Shown: positions 14,721-24,207 of the stretch, one piece after another
Layout: every line of letters begins with the position of its first letter
Numbering within the stretch: the first letter of the stretch is position 1
Notes under the pieces: generated by a model
What the model was told of the DNA's origin: nothing
Seen by the model: the letters and a program-made list of their open reading frames with translations, nothing else
Databases searched by the model: none
IMG/VR virus record: IMGVR_UViG_3300049489_000707
Coordinates: 131,035-163,034 of that record
Reading direction: 5' to 3' (one strand)
DNA from: a virus
Length of the DNA stretch: 32,000 nt
Program-made: the position numbers and the translations under genes

Positions 14721-14941
14721 AGCTGGACTCTACGCTGACCCCCAAGGAACTCAGGCTGGTCAGGGCCGACCTGAAGGCCAGGGGTCTGAAGCTCCCCAAG
14801 AGCGGCTGGACGATTCAGCTCAGCAACGGTACCCGGGTCTGTAGGGACCAGCACGGCTACTACTTGACTGGACCATTTCCAGGTGTTACATCACCGTTGG
14901 CCAAAGGCCACGTTTACATCACAGAAAGGCAGCACACATGA
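14717..14941 (+). CDS. Hypothetical protein (74 aa)
   Basis: ORF track. GTG start in a GTGA overlap with the previous stop. Confidence 0.5.
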   Translation: MKLDSTLTPKELRLVRADLKARGLKLPKSGWTIQLSNGTRVCRDQHGYYLTGPFPGVTSPLAKGHVYITERQHT

Positions 14942-15459
14942 GCGAAGCACAGATAGACACGTTTGTAGTCCTGACTGAATCCGGCGACCTTCAGGAGAGA
15001 AACGAGAGGGTTCTGGAGGCCGTCAAGAGGATGCCACAGCAGCAAGGCACCTACCAGCAGGTCATCGACTTCATCGCTGGAACGAATGACGTCCCCATCG
15101 CCGACGGGAACGCCATCTCGGCACCCATCATCAGCGCTCTTTCGGAGCTGTACTACGAGGGCTGGCTCAATGGCGAAATCAAGGTCCCAAATCCGAGAGC
15201 GCGGAAGACCTACACAAAGAAGGGGAAGCTTCGCAAGCCGAAAGCCAACACCTTGTACCGCTGGCTCGGTTACAAGGGCCCGGAGGTCCCCAAGGACGAG
15301 TCGTGGAAGGAGTACGCCGAACGCCTGGAAGAGGAGCTGAAGCTTGCCAAAGAAGAAGCCAAGCTCATGGAAGAGCTTGCGACCGAAGCAGGCCGGCGCT
15401 ACGCCGAGGCGATGGAGACAATCCAAAAGCTTACGGCGTCGCCAGCCAAAGCTGGTTGA
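14938..15459 (+). CDS. Hypothetical protein (173 aa)
   Basis: ORF track. ATGA overlap. Basic middle segment and coiled-coil C-terminus. 29-nt convergent overlap with the giant gene. Confidence 0.6.
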   Translation: MSEAQIDTFVVLTESGDLQERNERVLEAVKRMPQQQGTYQQVIDFIAGTNDVPIADGNAISAPIISALSELYYEGWLNGEIKVPNPRARKTYTKKGKLRKPKANTLYRWLGYKGPEVPKDESWKEYAERLEEELKLAKEEAKLMEELATEAGRRYAEAMETIQKLTASPAKAG

Positions 15460-18400
15460 TGGCCTGGCTCACGCTGGGCTCGGTCAGGAGCTTGCGAATC
15501 CTGACCAGTCTCTCCAGGCTGGGCTGAGGGTCGATGCCGTACCGAGCCAGGACCTGCTCTAGGTCGCCTCCGTGGACACCTTCCAGCCAGGTCCGCAGCT
15601 GCTCGTCGGAGTCCTTGTTCAGGCTGGGCATGGCCCGGAGACGCTGCTCAGGGAGCAGGCCGTGCCAGTTGTCCCCCTTCCAGGCTCGCAGGTAGTACGG
15701 GATGAAGCTGTTCTTGTCACGGGCCGGGTCGAAGCTCGGGCCAGCAAAGGCGCTACCGTGGTCGATGAGGGCTACGGGGTGGTTGTCTTTCTCGGGACCG
15801 ACCATCAGGTTCTGGCCATGCCGGTCTGGGTTGCCCAGGATATAGTCTAGGACCGCCCACTTGTGCAGCTCACCAGTGTGGCGATACTTCTCCAGCGCCT
15901 TGTGGGGCAGGCCTGGGTCCTCGAACTTGAGCTTCTCCAGGTTCTTCCAGCTGAAGGGAAGCAGGTGCAGGGCGGCCACTTCCTGACCGTCAATCAGCAA
16001 GAGGTCGGCCCGTGGCACGCGGTTGCCCAAGCCCAAGGCGTCAGCCACGTGCCAGAAGGCGGCTTCGCGCCGGCTCTGGTTGGCACCTTCCTCTCTGGCG
16101 CCCAAGGCGGGGCTCTGCTTGCCACTGCCGGGCTTCAGGAGGTACATCATACCCGTCTGGGGGTCGCGCACCATCATGGTGCCTTTGGAGTGCTTGCCAC
16201 CAAGGTGGAGGTCTTGGTCGGTCTCAGCGCTGAACCCTCGACGTACCCCATCAGCAACCTCGGCTCCATCTGGCATCAGGGCCTGGATCTCGTGGGTCCT
16301 GTGCGGCTGATTCTTGTTGAGCTTCCCGTCCTGGAGGCTGACCACAGCGAGGATGGCCCTCTTGTTCTTATTATCGACGGGCAGACCCACGGAGGTGAGA
16401 GCGGCTACGTCTGCGTCAAGGCCAGAGAGAAGGGCTTGACGGAACAGGTCATAGTCAGGCTCGGTGTGAGCCAGGAACTGCGCTGCCTTCAGGAATGCTT
16501 CGAACTTCGGCTGCATACCAAGCTGGTCCTCGTAGGTATTATCATACCCTACGCCAGGATCGGACTTGACAATCTGCTCAACCTGTACATCGGCCTTTCG
16601 CAGGTCGGCCCATTCGGTCAGGAGGTCGGCCTCGGTCTTGAGGATGACTCCAACCTCTTGAGGGGTTAGATTCTGGGCCTTGATGCGAAGCTTCTGCCAG
16701 ATTTGCTTGGCGATGTCGTGGCTGGCTTTCTCAGCGTTGCGGTGGCCGAGAATCTTCATGGCCTTGTGGGCCTTGTGCCGCCACATCTGGTCCTGCAGGT
16801 AGTTCTGGAGGTAGGCGATCCGCTCTTCTGGATGTCTCAGGGCGTCGTAGCCCTTGAGGGACCAATCGGTGAGCTTTTTCAGGTGTGCGTGTTCGGTCGG
16901 GTCGAGGGCCGCCAGCGTAGTGGCAACAATGCGATGGCCAGCTTCCTTGCCGTAGGTCTGCTTCAGGTGAGCGAAGATGCCGTGCTGTGTCTCGTGGCCC
17001 AGCGTACCAAGCAGGCCTGGGCCCGACTTGACGCTCATACTGAACTTGCGGCGTGCCGGAGCCACCGGAGTGTTCCGCTTCATGTTGTAGCGGACGTACC
17101 CGTGGCTCATCGCCGTTTGGAGGTCAGGCTTGTCAGCGCCCACGACTGCTATCTCCTGGTGTGCCTCGGGGGTGCGAATCATCGGGGTGCTGGGCACCTT
17201 GTTTTGGCCCAGGCGCGGGTACATCAGATAGCCGACCGTCTTCGCCAGCAGCTCGTGCTTGAGACCTGGAGGTGTGAGGTGGTGGTCAGTGACCATGGAG
17301 CGTTGCTCTTCCGTGCATCGCGGGTGCAGGGCGGCCAGGGTCTGGAGGTCGGGGTCGAAAAGGACAGACTGAATGTGTTCCGGCGTCAAGTCGGGACGGC
17401 TCAGTGCCGCCTTTCGAGTGTAGATGTCTTCATGATGGAGCGCCTCGTGAATCATGGGCGCGGTCATCTTGGGGTGACGTGCAGCGAAAGCCCGGACCTC
17501 AGGGTCTTCGTCTTGGAGGGCCATACGAAGATGGTAGGGGGTGACGTGCTTGTTCTTCAGGGCGAGGATGCGCTCACGAGGATTCTCGTGCTGCAGCATC
17601 GCTTCAAGAGGGTCGTGTTCGGTCTTCTTGAGCTGTGGCTGGCCCTGCTTGCCGTGCAGCTGCATGGCAGTGTACGACTGGACGTAGTGGTCGTCCTTGA
17701 TTTGATCTTCAGTCGCGTTGGCGCAGGCCGTGGAGCCCCAACGCCAAGCATAGGCCGCCTTCTGCGGGTCACCATGACGGTGCTTGAGACGTGCGAAGTG
17801 AGCACTGGCCAGGAGGTTGTAGAACTTGGGGTCGTTCTTGAACTTCTCCAGGAAGGTCTCAGGCGAGCTGAGGCCTGGGTACTTCTGGTTCATCAGCTTG
17901 GACTTCGCGTACTCCTCATGCGCGGTCACCGGCTTGAAGCCGAGAGCACCGAACGCAGTATGGAACTCGCCCTTCTTGTGAGCGGCGTGCGCCATGTTCT
18001 GGCCGAAGCTCGACTCCAGATGGGCGATGGGGATGAGATCAGGATGCAGCTCCTCGGGGGTCCAGGCGGGGATGCCGCTGGCCTGGGCGACCTCATTCAT
18101 CTGCGGCTTGACAGTCTGGTGCTGCTCTGGAACATGCGGGGCCGCTGGGGCGTGGAGAGCACCGCCCATGGCAATGCTGCCAGCGAGTGCTGCGGTAGCC
18201 AGGAAGCCCTTTTTGAGACCGGCTTCAGGGTCTTGGGAGTCTAGATTACGGAGTTGTCCGGTCACGGGACTGTAGCGCTGCAGTCCCACGTGTTTGGCTG
18301 CCTCGTCTCGGTTCATGAAGACCCCGGCGTGAGTCACAAACCCGGCTTCCCAGTCGGAGCTGTTGTGTGGACCGTCTTCCCGGTGATTCATGGAGCCGCC

Positions 18401-19897
18401 CAGAAGCCAAGGCTCGATGTTGTGGTACGCTCCGGTCTCGACAACAGTGCCATCTTTGTGCCGGAATCCAGCATTCCGGAACTCGCCCTTGGAAAGGATT
18501 TCCTCGGTTTTTTGGAGGTCCTCTGACTTGAGGGCGTAGTCGTAGCGGCCCACACGGTCATCGTAGGGGCCCTTCTTCGTCTTCTTGCCAGGCAGCTTCG
18601 GGGCTTGAGTCGCCTTGTACTCAAGCCCGTGCTTCTCGGCGAGCTTCTGGTGAACCCTAGAGGCCATGGAGCTGTGGATGTTGCCAGACACACTTCGTGC
18701 GCCGGCGTGGTAGGCGTGTGCCATCACCGACTCATACAGAGGCAGACCGAGCCCCTTGCCTCGGAACGACTCTTCGAGGTCGGACTGAATGAAGCGCAGA
18801 TTGCCATGCTCCATCTGACCTCGGACATAGCCTACTGGCTGACTGCCGGAATGGAGCGTTGCGTGGATTGTATTGTCGGGCTCGTGTTCGACTCGAACCT
18901 CGAATCCCCTGTGCTCAGGGCTCAATACGTGGCTGTAGTTGAAAACGTTCTTTCCGCGCTCAGTCGTGAACTTGAGGCCGCCACGGGGAATATCTGCGAT
19001 GGCCATCTTTTCCATGTCTTCCGACTTGGCAACAATATGGCGAACGGATAGCGGATGGAAGTAGGCAAGGGCGTCCTTCACGCCGTAGCTGTGGTAGCCA
19101 TGGTAGCCAAGCTTCTTGAGCTTCTTCTCGACCTGGTCAAGGTCGCTGGCCTCGAACATCATGCCGTACTTGGTCTGCTTCCACTTGCCGGCCTTGAGGT
19201 TGAGCTTGTCGTCACCCATGTCGTATAGACGAGTGCCGGCGGGTAGCTCGCCGTGGTAAAGGTGGGCAGCCGATGCAACGTGGGCTTCGGGCGTGCCCGG
19301 ACGTGTGTAGTAGTACGTCCTTGGAATTCTCTTGGAGCGATTGCGCTCTTGACCTGCAGCTCCCGTCCCCTGGAACTTCGGGTCGAGTGTCTTCAGGCCT
19401 GGAGTGGTGCTGTAGTGCTGCACAGGCAGCGGCTTGGTCATCAGGAGGTCTTTCTTCTCCAGCGGCTCGTCGACCTCGCCATCTTGGCAACCGAGCAGGC
19501 GCAGTGTGATGTTCTTTTTGGAGTGCAGGTTGCTCATGATCTCCTCAGGAATATCATGCGCCTCAACCCATTTCCACTCGGAGCACTCTTCGTCGGGGTC
19601 CTTGCCACCATCCGGGTCGCCAACCACGAGGCAACGGAAGCAGTAGATGTGCAAGTCTTCCTTGGCCTCACCCACGCCCAGGTACTCGAAGTTCTCGCCC
19701 TTCAGGCCAGTCTCTTCTTCAAGCTCGCGGCGTGCAGCGTCGATCGGCTCTTCACCGGGCTCGAAGTGACCACCAGGCATGGTCCATTTCTCGGTGTCGT
19801 TCCGTAGACCGAACAAGAGCAAGCCATCGGGATTGAAGGCGGCGATGGACGCTACCTTCGTCGGCTCCTTCTCGCGCTGTGACTTACCGAGCTTCAA
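15431..19897 (-). CDS. Giant polyvalent protein (1,488 aa): Nudix + GNAT + lytic transglycosylase + HEAT/LRV-like repeats + HExxH + PI3K/PI4K-like kinase module
   Basis: Single ORF. TTG start 6 nt after a GGGGG run. GGHFEPGEEPIDAARRELEEETGL (Nudix box, aa 42-65). FRGKGLGLPLYE (GNAT, ~aa 378). IAHLESSFGQN...AFGALGF (Slt-like, ~aa 624-654). Repeats ~aa 765-865. HETQH (aa 968-972). MYLLKPG...LGNPDRHGQNLMV...LIDHGSAF (aa ~1250-1384). Confidence 0.8.
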   Translation of the reverse strand: MKLGKSQREKEPTKVASIAAFNPDGLLLFGLRNDTEKWTMPGGHFEPGEEPIDAARRELEEETGLKGENFEYLGVGEAKEDLHIYCFRCLVVGDPDGGKDPDEECSEWKWVEAHDIPEEIMSNLHSKKNITLRLLGCQDGEVDEPLEKKDLLMTKPLPVQHYSTTPGLKTLDPKFQGTGAAGQERNRSKRIPRTYYYTRPGTPEAHVASAAHLYHGELPAGTRLYDMGDDKLNLKAGKWKQTKYGMMFEASDLDQVEKKLKKLGYHGYHSYGVKDALAYFHPLSVRHIVAKSEDMEKMAIADIPRGGLKFTTERGKNVFNYSHVLSPEHRGFEVRVEHEPDNTIHATLHSGSQPVGYVRGQMEHGNLRFIQSDLEESFRGKGLGLPLYESVMAHAYHAGARSVSGNIHSSMASRVHQKLAEKHGLEYKATQAPKLPGKKTKKGPYDDRVGRYDYALKSEDLQKTEEILSKGEFRNAGFRHKDGTVVETGAYHNIEPWLLGGSMNHREDGPHNSSDWEAGFVTHAGVFMNRDEAAKHVGLQRYSPVTGQLRNLDSQDPEAGLKKGFLATAALAGSIAMGGALHAPAAPHVPEQHQTVKPQMNEVAQASGIPAWTPEELHPDLIPIAHLESSFGQNMAHAAHKKGEFHTAFGALGFKPVTAHEEYAKSKLMNQKYPGLSSPETFLEKFKNDPKFYNLLASAHFARLKHRHGDPQKAAYAWRWGSTACANATEDQIKDDHYVQSYTAMQLHGKQGQPQLKKTEHDPLEAMLQHENPRERILALKNKHVTPYHLRMALQDEDPEVRAFAARHPKMTAPMIHEALHHEDIYTRKAALSRPDLTPEHIQSVLFDPDLQTLAALHPRCTEEQRSMVTDHHLTPPGLKHELLAKTVGYLMYPRLGQNKVPSTPMIRTPEAHQEIAVVGADKPDLQTAMSHGYVRYNMKRNTPVAPARRKFSMSVKSGPGLLGTLGHETQHGIFAHLKQTYGKEAGHRIVATTLAALDPTEHAHLKKLTDWSLKGYDALRHPEERIAYLQNYLQDQMWRHKAHKAMKILGHRNAEKASHDIAKQIWQKLRIKAQNLTPQEVGVILKTEADLLTEWADLRKADVQVEQIVKSDPGVGYDNTYEDQLGMQPKFEAFLKAAQFLAHTEPDYDLFRQALLSGLDADVAALTSVGLPVDNKNKRAILAVVSLQDGKLNKNQPHRTHEIQALMPDGAEVADGVRRGFSAETDQDLHLGGKHSKGTMMVRDPQTGMMYLLKPGSGKQSPALGAREEGANQSRREAAFWHVADALGLGNRVPRADLLLIDGQEVAALHLLPFSWKNLEKLKFEDPGLPHKALEKYRHTGELHKWAVLDYILGNPDRHGQNLMVGPEKDNHPVALIDHGSAFAGPSFDPARDKNSFIPYYLRAWKGDNWHGLLPEQRLRAMPSLNKDSDEQLRTWLEGVHGGDLEQVLARYGIDPQPSLERLVRIRKLLTEPSVSQAINQLWLATP

Positions 19898-19907
19898 GAT
19901 AGCCCCC

Positions 19908-20747
19908 TTACAGCGTCCCTGAGAAGATCTTGTACCCGAAGAGGGCCTTGAGCTTCTTGGTGATGGCCTTCATCTTCTCTTCCAGCTCTTCGATGCGGCC
20001 CTTAAAAATCTGCGGACCAGGCGTGCTCACGCTCTGGCTGAGGCCGTCGATACCAAGACTCTGGCTCTGGGAGCGGGCAAAGCTGAGAGCCAGCTGGGAA
20101 AGCACCTCGCATGCAGCGCGGCTCCCGATGTACTCGTTGAGGATGCGGGGCAGCATGCCACCTGGGAAGCCCGAGGTGTACTCCACCTGCCACCACGCGG
20201 GGATCCACGGCTTGTTCCCGAGAATCTGCAGGTAGGCGGCGCCGCCACTGGACTGCTGAGGGATGTACGCACCCTGAACGAAGGCGACAGTGAGAGGCAC
20301 GATGTTGATTTGCCCCTTGGTCAGGTAGGAGGTCTCAACCCACTCGTTGGGCACCACGTAGACGTCCAGCTGATTGCTGGGGGTCACGCTGAGCTTGTCC
20401 ATGCTGGTGGCCGGTCGGTGACTGAGCTGGAAGTAGCCAAACGAGCTGTAGAGGTTCAGGTCGAAGGGGTGCTTCTCACGCCGCTTCACGGGGAAGATGT
20501 CAATCTTCAGCTCGCTCTCGGCCTGGGCTACTGCGCCATCGATGATGTCTCGGAGGATGTCGTCAGTGATGATGGTCGCCTTGCCGGTCACGGGGTCCTT
20601 GGCACAGGCCAGACTGACGCCCAAGAGATGACGCGACTTGAGCAGCTCAGGAGTGAGCAGCGGCTCCATCTGCGGGAACTCCGCCTGGATTGCGTTCTCT
20701 GGAATTGGTCCGCCGATTGCGAACCTGGAGTTGGTGTAGTCTGCCAT
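19908..20747 (-). CDS. Hypothetical virion-type protein (279 aa)
   Basis: ORF track. ATG with AAGGAG upstream. Position immediately upstream of the giant protein suggests a virion module. Confidence 0.65.
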   Translation of the reverse strand: MADYTNSRFAIGGPIPENAIQAEFPQMEPLLTPELLKSRHLLGVSLACAKDPVTGKATIITDDILRDIIDGAVAQAESELKIDIFPVKRREKHPFDLNLYSSFGYFQLSHRPATSMDKLSVTPSNQLDVYVVPNEWVETSYLTKGQINIVPLTVAFVQGAYIPQQSSGGAAYLQILGNKPWIPAWWQVEYTSGFPGGMLPRILNEYIGSRAACEVLSQLALSFARSQSQSLGIDGLSQSVSTPGPQIFKGRIEELEEKMKAITKKLKALFGYKIFSGTL

Positions 20748-20756
20748 GACGACTCC

Positions 20757-21167
20757 TTAGATGCAGCCGGTGTCCGAGGCGATCCGGAGGCCGTTCTTGA
20801 CGAGACCCTTGCGAATCACAGCCCCTTCAGTCAAAGTCAGCTGCAGGCTGGCGGTGCCGCTGATGGTGTCGGTGGCCAGGAAGTCGAGCTTCCAGATGCT
20901 GCGATCATCAGGGAATGGGTTGGTGGCAGCTCGGGTGATTTTCTTGCCGTCGTCGATGCTGTTGACGACCACCGAAAGGGTTGCCCCGGTGGCGGGGACA
21001 TATCGCCTGCCTGCAGGTGCAAAGCCTCTCAGAGCGCCGTCCAGGGACTCATCAATCAGCTGAAAGTAGATGCTGGCGGCCTCACCCTTCGTGAACTGCC
21101 CTACCTGGGCGTACTCGAAGCTGTTGACGTTCGCCACATCATTGAGAAATCTTGCACTTAGAAGCAT
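20757..21167 (-). CDS. Hypothetical beta-rich (Ig-like?) protein (136 aa)
   Basis: ORF track. ATG with GAGGAG upstream. Confidence 0.6.
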   Translation of the reverse strand: MLLSARFLNDVANVNSFEYAQVGQFTKGEAASIYFQLIDESLDGALRGFAPAGRRYVPATGATLSVVVNSIDDGKKITRAATNPFPDDRSIWKLDFLATDTISGTASLQLTLTEGAVIRKGLVKNGLRIASDTGCI

Positions 21168-21197
21168 GGGGTTGGATCTCCTCTGGACCTGACCAGA

Positions 21198-21203
21198 AGA
21201 TTG
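21198..21203 (-). promoter_or_regulatory. AATCTT-family motif (GGCCGCAATCTTCTG), 30 nt upstream of ATG 21167
   Basis: Minus-sense TGGGCCGCAATCTTCTGGTCAGG. The 15-mer is identical to that at 28298. Confidence 0.45.
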
Positions 21204-21210
21204 CGGCCCA

Positions 21211-21465
21211 TCAGCAGGTCCCAGTGTCCATGGCGGTTACCTCCATGGTGTCCCAGTCGATGGTGGCTAGGCAATCGGGGAAGCGCTCGCCAATGAAGTC
21301 CTCAGCCAGCTCCCGAGCCCAGGCTCTGAAGTCCTCGCCCCTTTCGGGGTGGTCGAACCTGAATCTGTGTCCGAGGAGCTGGTCGTGGTCTGAGTACAGC
21401 TCGACGTAGTGCCCACAGCACCCGGTCTCGCACCCGTGCCCGCCATGGTAGACGACGATTTTCAC
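21211..21465 (-). CDS. Small Cys/His-rich protein (84 aa)
   Basis: Frame of ORF 21211..21690. GTG at 21465 in a GTGA overlap with the upstream stop. VKIVVYHGGHGCETGCCGHY... Confidence 0.5.
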   Translation of the reverse strand: MKIVVYHGGHGCETGCCGHYVELYSDHDQLLGHRFRFDHPERGEDFRAWARELAEDFIGERFPDCLATIDWDTMEVTAMDTGTC

Positions 21466-21659
21466 TTCTTCCTGCTGCTGGTTACACGGTCCAGGTACCA
21501 GTAGCTGCCGGCTCCGACCACAAAGGCCAACATAGTCAAAAGGTGGAGCTGTTGGAGGTCTCGGTTGCCGAGGTGCCGAGCGACAAAGAGCAGCGGGAGA
21601 TTCACGAAGAATCCCACGATACAGACCCAGAAGCTGATGGTTCGGTAGACAGCCTTCAT
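21462..21659 (-). CDS. Small membrane protein (65 aa, two hydrophobic segments)
   Basis: Internal ATG of ORF 21462..21860 (MKAVYRTISFWVCIVGFFVNLPLLFV...LLTMLAFVVGAGSYWYL). ATGA overlap. Confidence 0.55.
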   Translation of the reverse strand: MKAVYRTISFWVCIVGFFVNLPLLFVARHLGNRDLQQLHLLTMLAFVVGAGSYWYLDRVTSSRKK

Positions 21660-22030
21660 GACATCTGCCCACCACTGACCGGGGTCCCACCCAAATGCGT
21701 GGCCGTCAAAGCCAAGGCGGGTACGTAGACCAGGGTCGGCACGAAACCCTCCTCTTCTGTATCCACAAAGCCCCTGTACTCCAAAGCGGCGTCCAGCCAG
21801 TACTTCCTGCCGTCCGTCTCCAGGTCCAGGCGCTCTGGTGTGTTGGGGTCGATGGCACACTCCGCGACCACCGTACCTGCCTCGTTCTTGATGAGAGCGA
21901 AGCCGATGATTTTCCCCGCGTCATTGAAGATGGGCACGGGGCCATAAGAGCGCCCTTCAAGGCCCTTCTGGACAACCAGGTCCTTGTTGAAGCGGAAGAC
22001 TCTGATGTCCTTGTAGGTTTTCTCGGTCAT
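21656..22030 (-). CDS. Hypothetical protein (124 aa)
   Basis: ORF track. ATG start, protein-like sequence. Confidence 0.6.
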   Translation of the reverse strand: MTEKTYKDIRVFRFNKDLVVQKGLEGRSYGPVPIFNDAGKIIGFALIKNEAGTVVAECAIDPNTPERLDLETDGRKYWLDAALEYRGFVDTEEEGFVPTLVYVPALALTATHLGGTPVSGGQMS

Positions 22031-22377
22031 GCGACCCCCGGTGGCATGGTGGGAACATGGACGTCCTCTGAACCATCTACAACCCCCATCTGAATCAGCT
22101 TGTAGGCCAGCAGGATGACCAGGTCGCGGTACTGGGCGTCAGCTTCCATTTGCTGGGGCTGAACCGTCTTGTAGTACTCGGCAGGGGGCTTGGATAGGAG
22201 CACAAGGGCCATCTGGTCCTCCTCGGCCAAGCAGTACTCGTAGGCCAAGCTCACCAGGCACTTGTGGTAGGCGCCCTCGCTGAGGGTACCGGTCGCCCGA
22301 ATGTCCTCAATCATCTTGAGGGCGGCGTCGACCTTGTCCCTGGTCCGAGGCTCTACTCGCGATGTTCCTTCTCCCAT
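22027..22377 (-). CDS. Hypothetical protein (116 aa)
   Basis: ORF track. ATG start; ATGA-type overlap downstream. Confidence 0.6.
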   Translation of the reverse strand: MGEGTSRVEPRTRDKVDAALKMIEDIRATGTLSEGAYHKCLVSLAYEYCLAEEDQMALVLLSKPPAEYYKTVQPQQMEADAQYRDLVILLAYKLIQMGVVDGSEDVHVPTMPPGVA

Positions 22378-22538
22378 GCTTCCTCCAAATCCTGATCATG
22401 TTCGTCAGGGCTTGACTCCATCTCAAGTATAGCATCGAGTTCGGCCTGGAGCTTCTGGAGGAGCCTGGTGTTGTTGCCGGCAGCCTTCATTTTCTTGCCC
22501 AGTTCAGCCAACTTAACCCTCTTTAAGTTGTCGCTCAT
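22353..22538 (-). CDS. Hypothetical small coiled-coil protein (61 aa)
   Basis: Internal ATG of ORF 22353..22604 (MSDNLKRVKLAELGKK...). ATGA overlap with the thyX stop. Confidence 0.5.
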   Translation of the reverse strand: MSDNLKRVKLAELGKKMKAAGNNTRLLQKLQAELDAILEMESSPDEHDQDLEEAWEKEHRE

Positions 22539-23377
22539 TGGATGGTAAGTCCCTTGTATTCCACGAGATTTTCGTTCGGGAACATCTTGCGGTGTTGGAT
22601 CCACCCGAAGAAGTTGCCGCAGGGCTCGCCGGGGTCGTCTGCGGGAGTGGCTTGGTGTTCGGCGGGGCTCGCGTGCTTGGGGTCCTCACCTACCAGTCGC
22701 ACGAAGAGCTTCTGGTCTTCCTCGGTACTGGAGCGCTTGCCCTCGTGATTCAGGTAGGAGACACGAGCGCAGCGGGCTACGCTTACCTGCAGGGCGAGCT
22801 TGATGCCCAGCTCTTCCAGCTCGGAGTCTTCCACGAAGGGGAGGTGCCACTCGCCGGCCTGAAGCATGCGTGGGATGCTGGCGTTCTGAGCTTCGAGCAT
22901 GGAGATGGCCAGCTCGCGAATCTCTGGCTGGGCCTTGGCGTGGTTGCGGAGGTGATAGAAGTTCGCCCACTCAGTGGATGTGCAGACCACGGTGATGTTG
23001 AACCAGGGCTCCAGGATGCGGTTGGCGATCTGCTTGTGCAGGCCAAGCTTCTCGAAGAGCCAGCTGACCGCCAGCATGAGGTAGGCGGCCTTGGTCCAGA
23101 GCAGCTTGGCCAGGGCCAGGCGCCAGCCCTTCAGCTCAGCCTCGGCCTGCATGCCAGCCTGGTTGGCGCCCCAGTAGACGGGCATTGCTGGGTCCATGCG
23201 GACTGAAGCTCGAATCTTTCGGGCCGGAATGGCCCGAGAACTGGCCGCATTCCTACTGAACACCCGGTGAGTCATGAACTCCGCATGCACGAAGCGCGGG
23301 TAGGTCAAGACGAAGGTGGTGATGCGCTTGCCCTGGGGGCTGATGCTGTCTGCAACGACGCGGGCGGCGATGCTCAC
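22535..23377 (-). CDS. thyX: Flavin-dependent thymidylate synthase ThyX
   Basis: FMTHRVFSRNAASSRAIP is a variant of the ThyX RHRxxSxxxxSxR signature. Start set at GTG 23377 (GTGA overlap, GGAGG upstream). The ORF-track start at 23398 is the alternative. Confidence 0.8.
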   Translation of the reverse strand: MSIAARVVADSISPQGKRITTFVLTYPRFVHAEFMTHRVFSRNAASSRAIPARKIRASVRMDPAMPVYWGANQAGMQAEAELKGWRLALAKLLWTKAAYLMLAVSWLFEKLGLHKQIANRILEPWFNITVVCTSTEWANFYHLRNHAKAQPEIRELAISMLEAQNASIPRMLQAGEWHLPFVEDSELEELGIKLALQVSVARCARVSYLNHEGKRSSTEEDQKLFVRLVGEDPKHASPAEHQATPADDPGEPCGNFFGWIQHRKMFPNENLVEYKGLTIQ

Positions 23378-23841
23378 GCTTCCTCCAGGTCTGCCCACCG
23401 GAAGCTGAAGTCGTACGGCTCCTCTTCGGATGGCTTCTTGGGCTTGGGCGTCCAGCCGGTGACCGTGCAGGTGCCGTCGTAGTAGCCATTGGACTCATTG
23501 CGCCAGTCGACCACGACGGTCTCTTGGTTGGTGGAGAGCTTGACGGCGTGGTACCTGTAGCTCCCACCGTTGTAGCCGTTCTCCTCAGTAGCTTCGACCC
23601 GGTAGTCGGCCACGTTCGACTCCACAGGCTCAACGCCCAGTAGGGTCTGCCCGACCAGGGCCTTGACGTCTTCCACCGAGCGCTGCTCGAAGTAGGAGCC
23701 GCTGCAGCAGTCGCCAGTGAGGCGAAGCTCGACCTTGCGGCCATCATCGGCGATGAGGGTGAGGACCTCATCAGGCGCCTGATAGAAGGCACGCTCGGGG
23801 GTCTTATTGTGTTCGACTGCAACGATTTTGAAGATGCTCAT
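23374..23841 (-). CDS. Hypothetical protein (155 aa)
   Basis: ORF track. ATG start; ATGA overlap with the upstream gene. Confidence 0.6.
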   Translation of the reverse strand: MSIFKIVAVEHNKTPERAFYQAPDEVLTLIADDGRKVELRLTGDCCSGSYFEQRSVEDVKALVGQTLLGVEPVESNVADYRVEATEENGYNGGSYRYHAVKLSTNQETVVVDWRNESNGYYDGTCTVTGWTPKPKKPSEEEPYDFSFRWADLEEA

Positions 23842-24200
23842 GTTTTCTCCAGCTGGGTACCGATGGTCTTGATACTGTAGTCGGTGTTGCGCCCCATGTG
23901 GACACCGACCATGCGGATTTCACACTTCTTGATGAGGCCACCGTTTCGATCAAGAGTCAAGCCACCAGCTCCTGGGTACAGGTACTGGAGGGCGGTCTCG
24001 GTCTCCTTGAAGGGACGGATAGTGGCGTAGACCCCATCCTCTGTCTTCTCCAGGGTGGCGTAGCCCATGCACTTTGTGATGTCGTCGCTGTAGTCGTAGG
24101 CGACCGGCACCTCGCCCTCTCGAATCTGGACACCCGCTGGGTCAAAGGTATCGCCCATAGAGTCGGGCTCGTTGCTGAAATTCAGAATCTTCACTCTCAT
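23838..24200 (-). CDS. Hypothetical protein (120 aa)
   Basis: ORF track. ATG start. Confidence 0.6.
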   Translation of the reverse strand: MRVKILNFSNEPDSMGDTFDPAGVQIREGEVPVAYDYSDDITKCMGYATLEKTEDGVYATIRPFKETETALQYLYPGAGGLTLDRNGGLIKKCEIRMVGVHMGRNTDYSIKTIGTQLEKT

Positions 24201-24207
24201 GAGAGAA

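Noticed and set aside
15572-19807. Series of long plus-strand ORFs (15863..16669, 16703..18244, 18605..19051, 19253..19807 and others) opposite the giant gene
   Set aside because: These are shadow ORFs of a 4.5-kb GC-rich gene. None has a recognisable motif, and the minus frame is uninterrupted and motif-rich.
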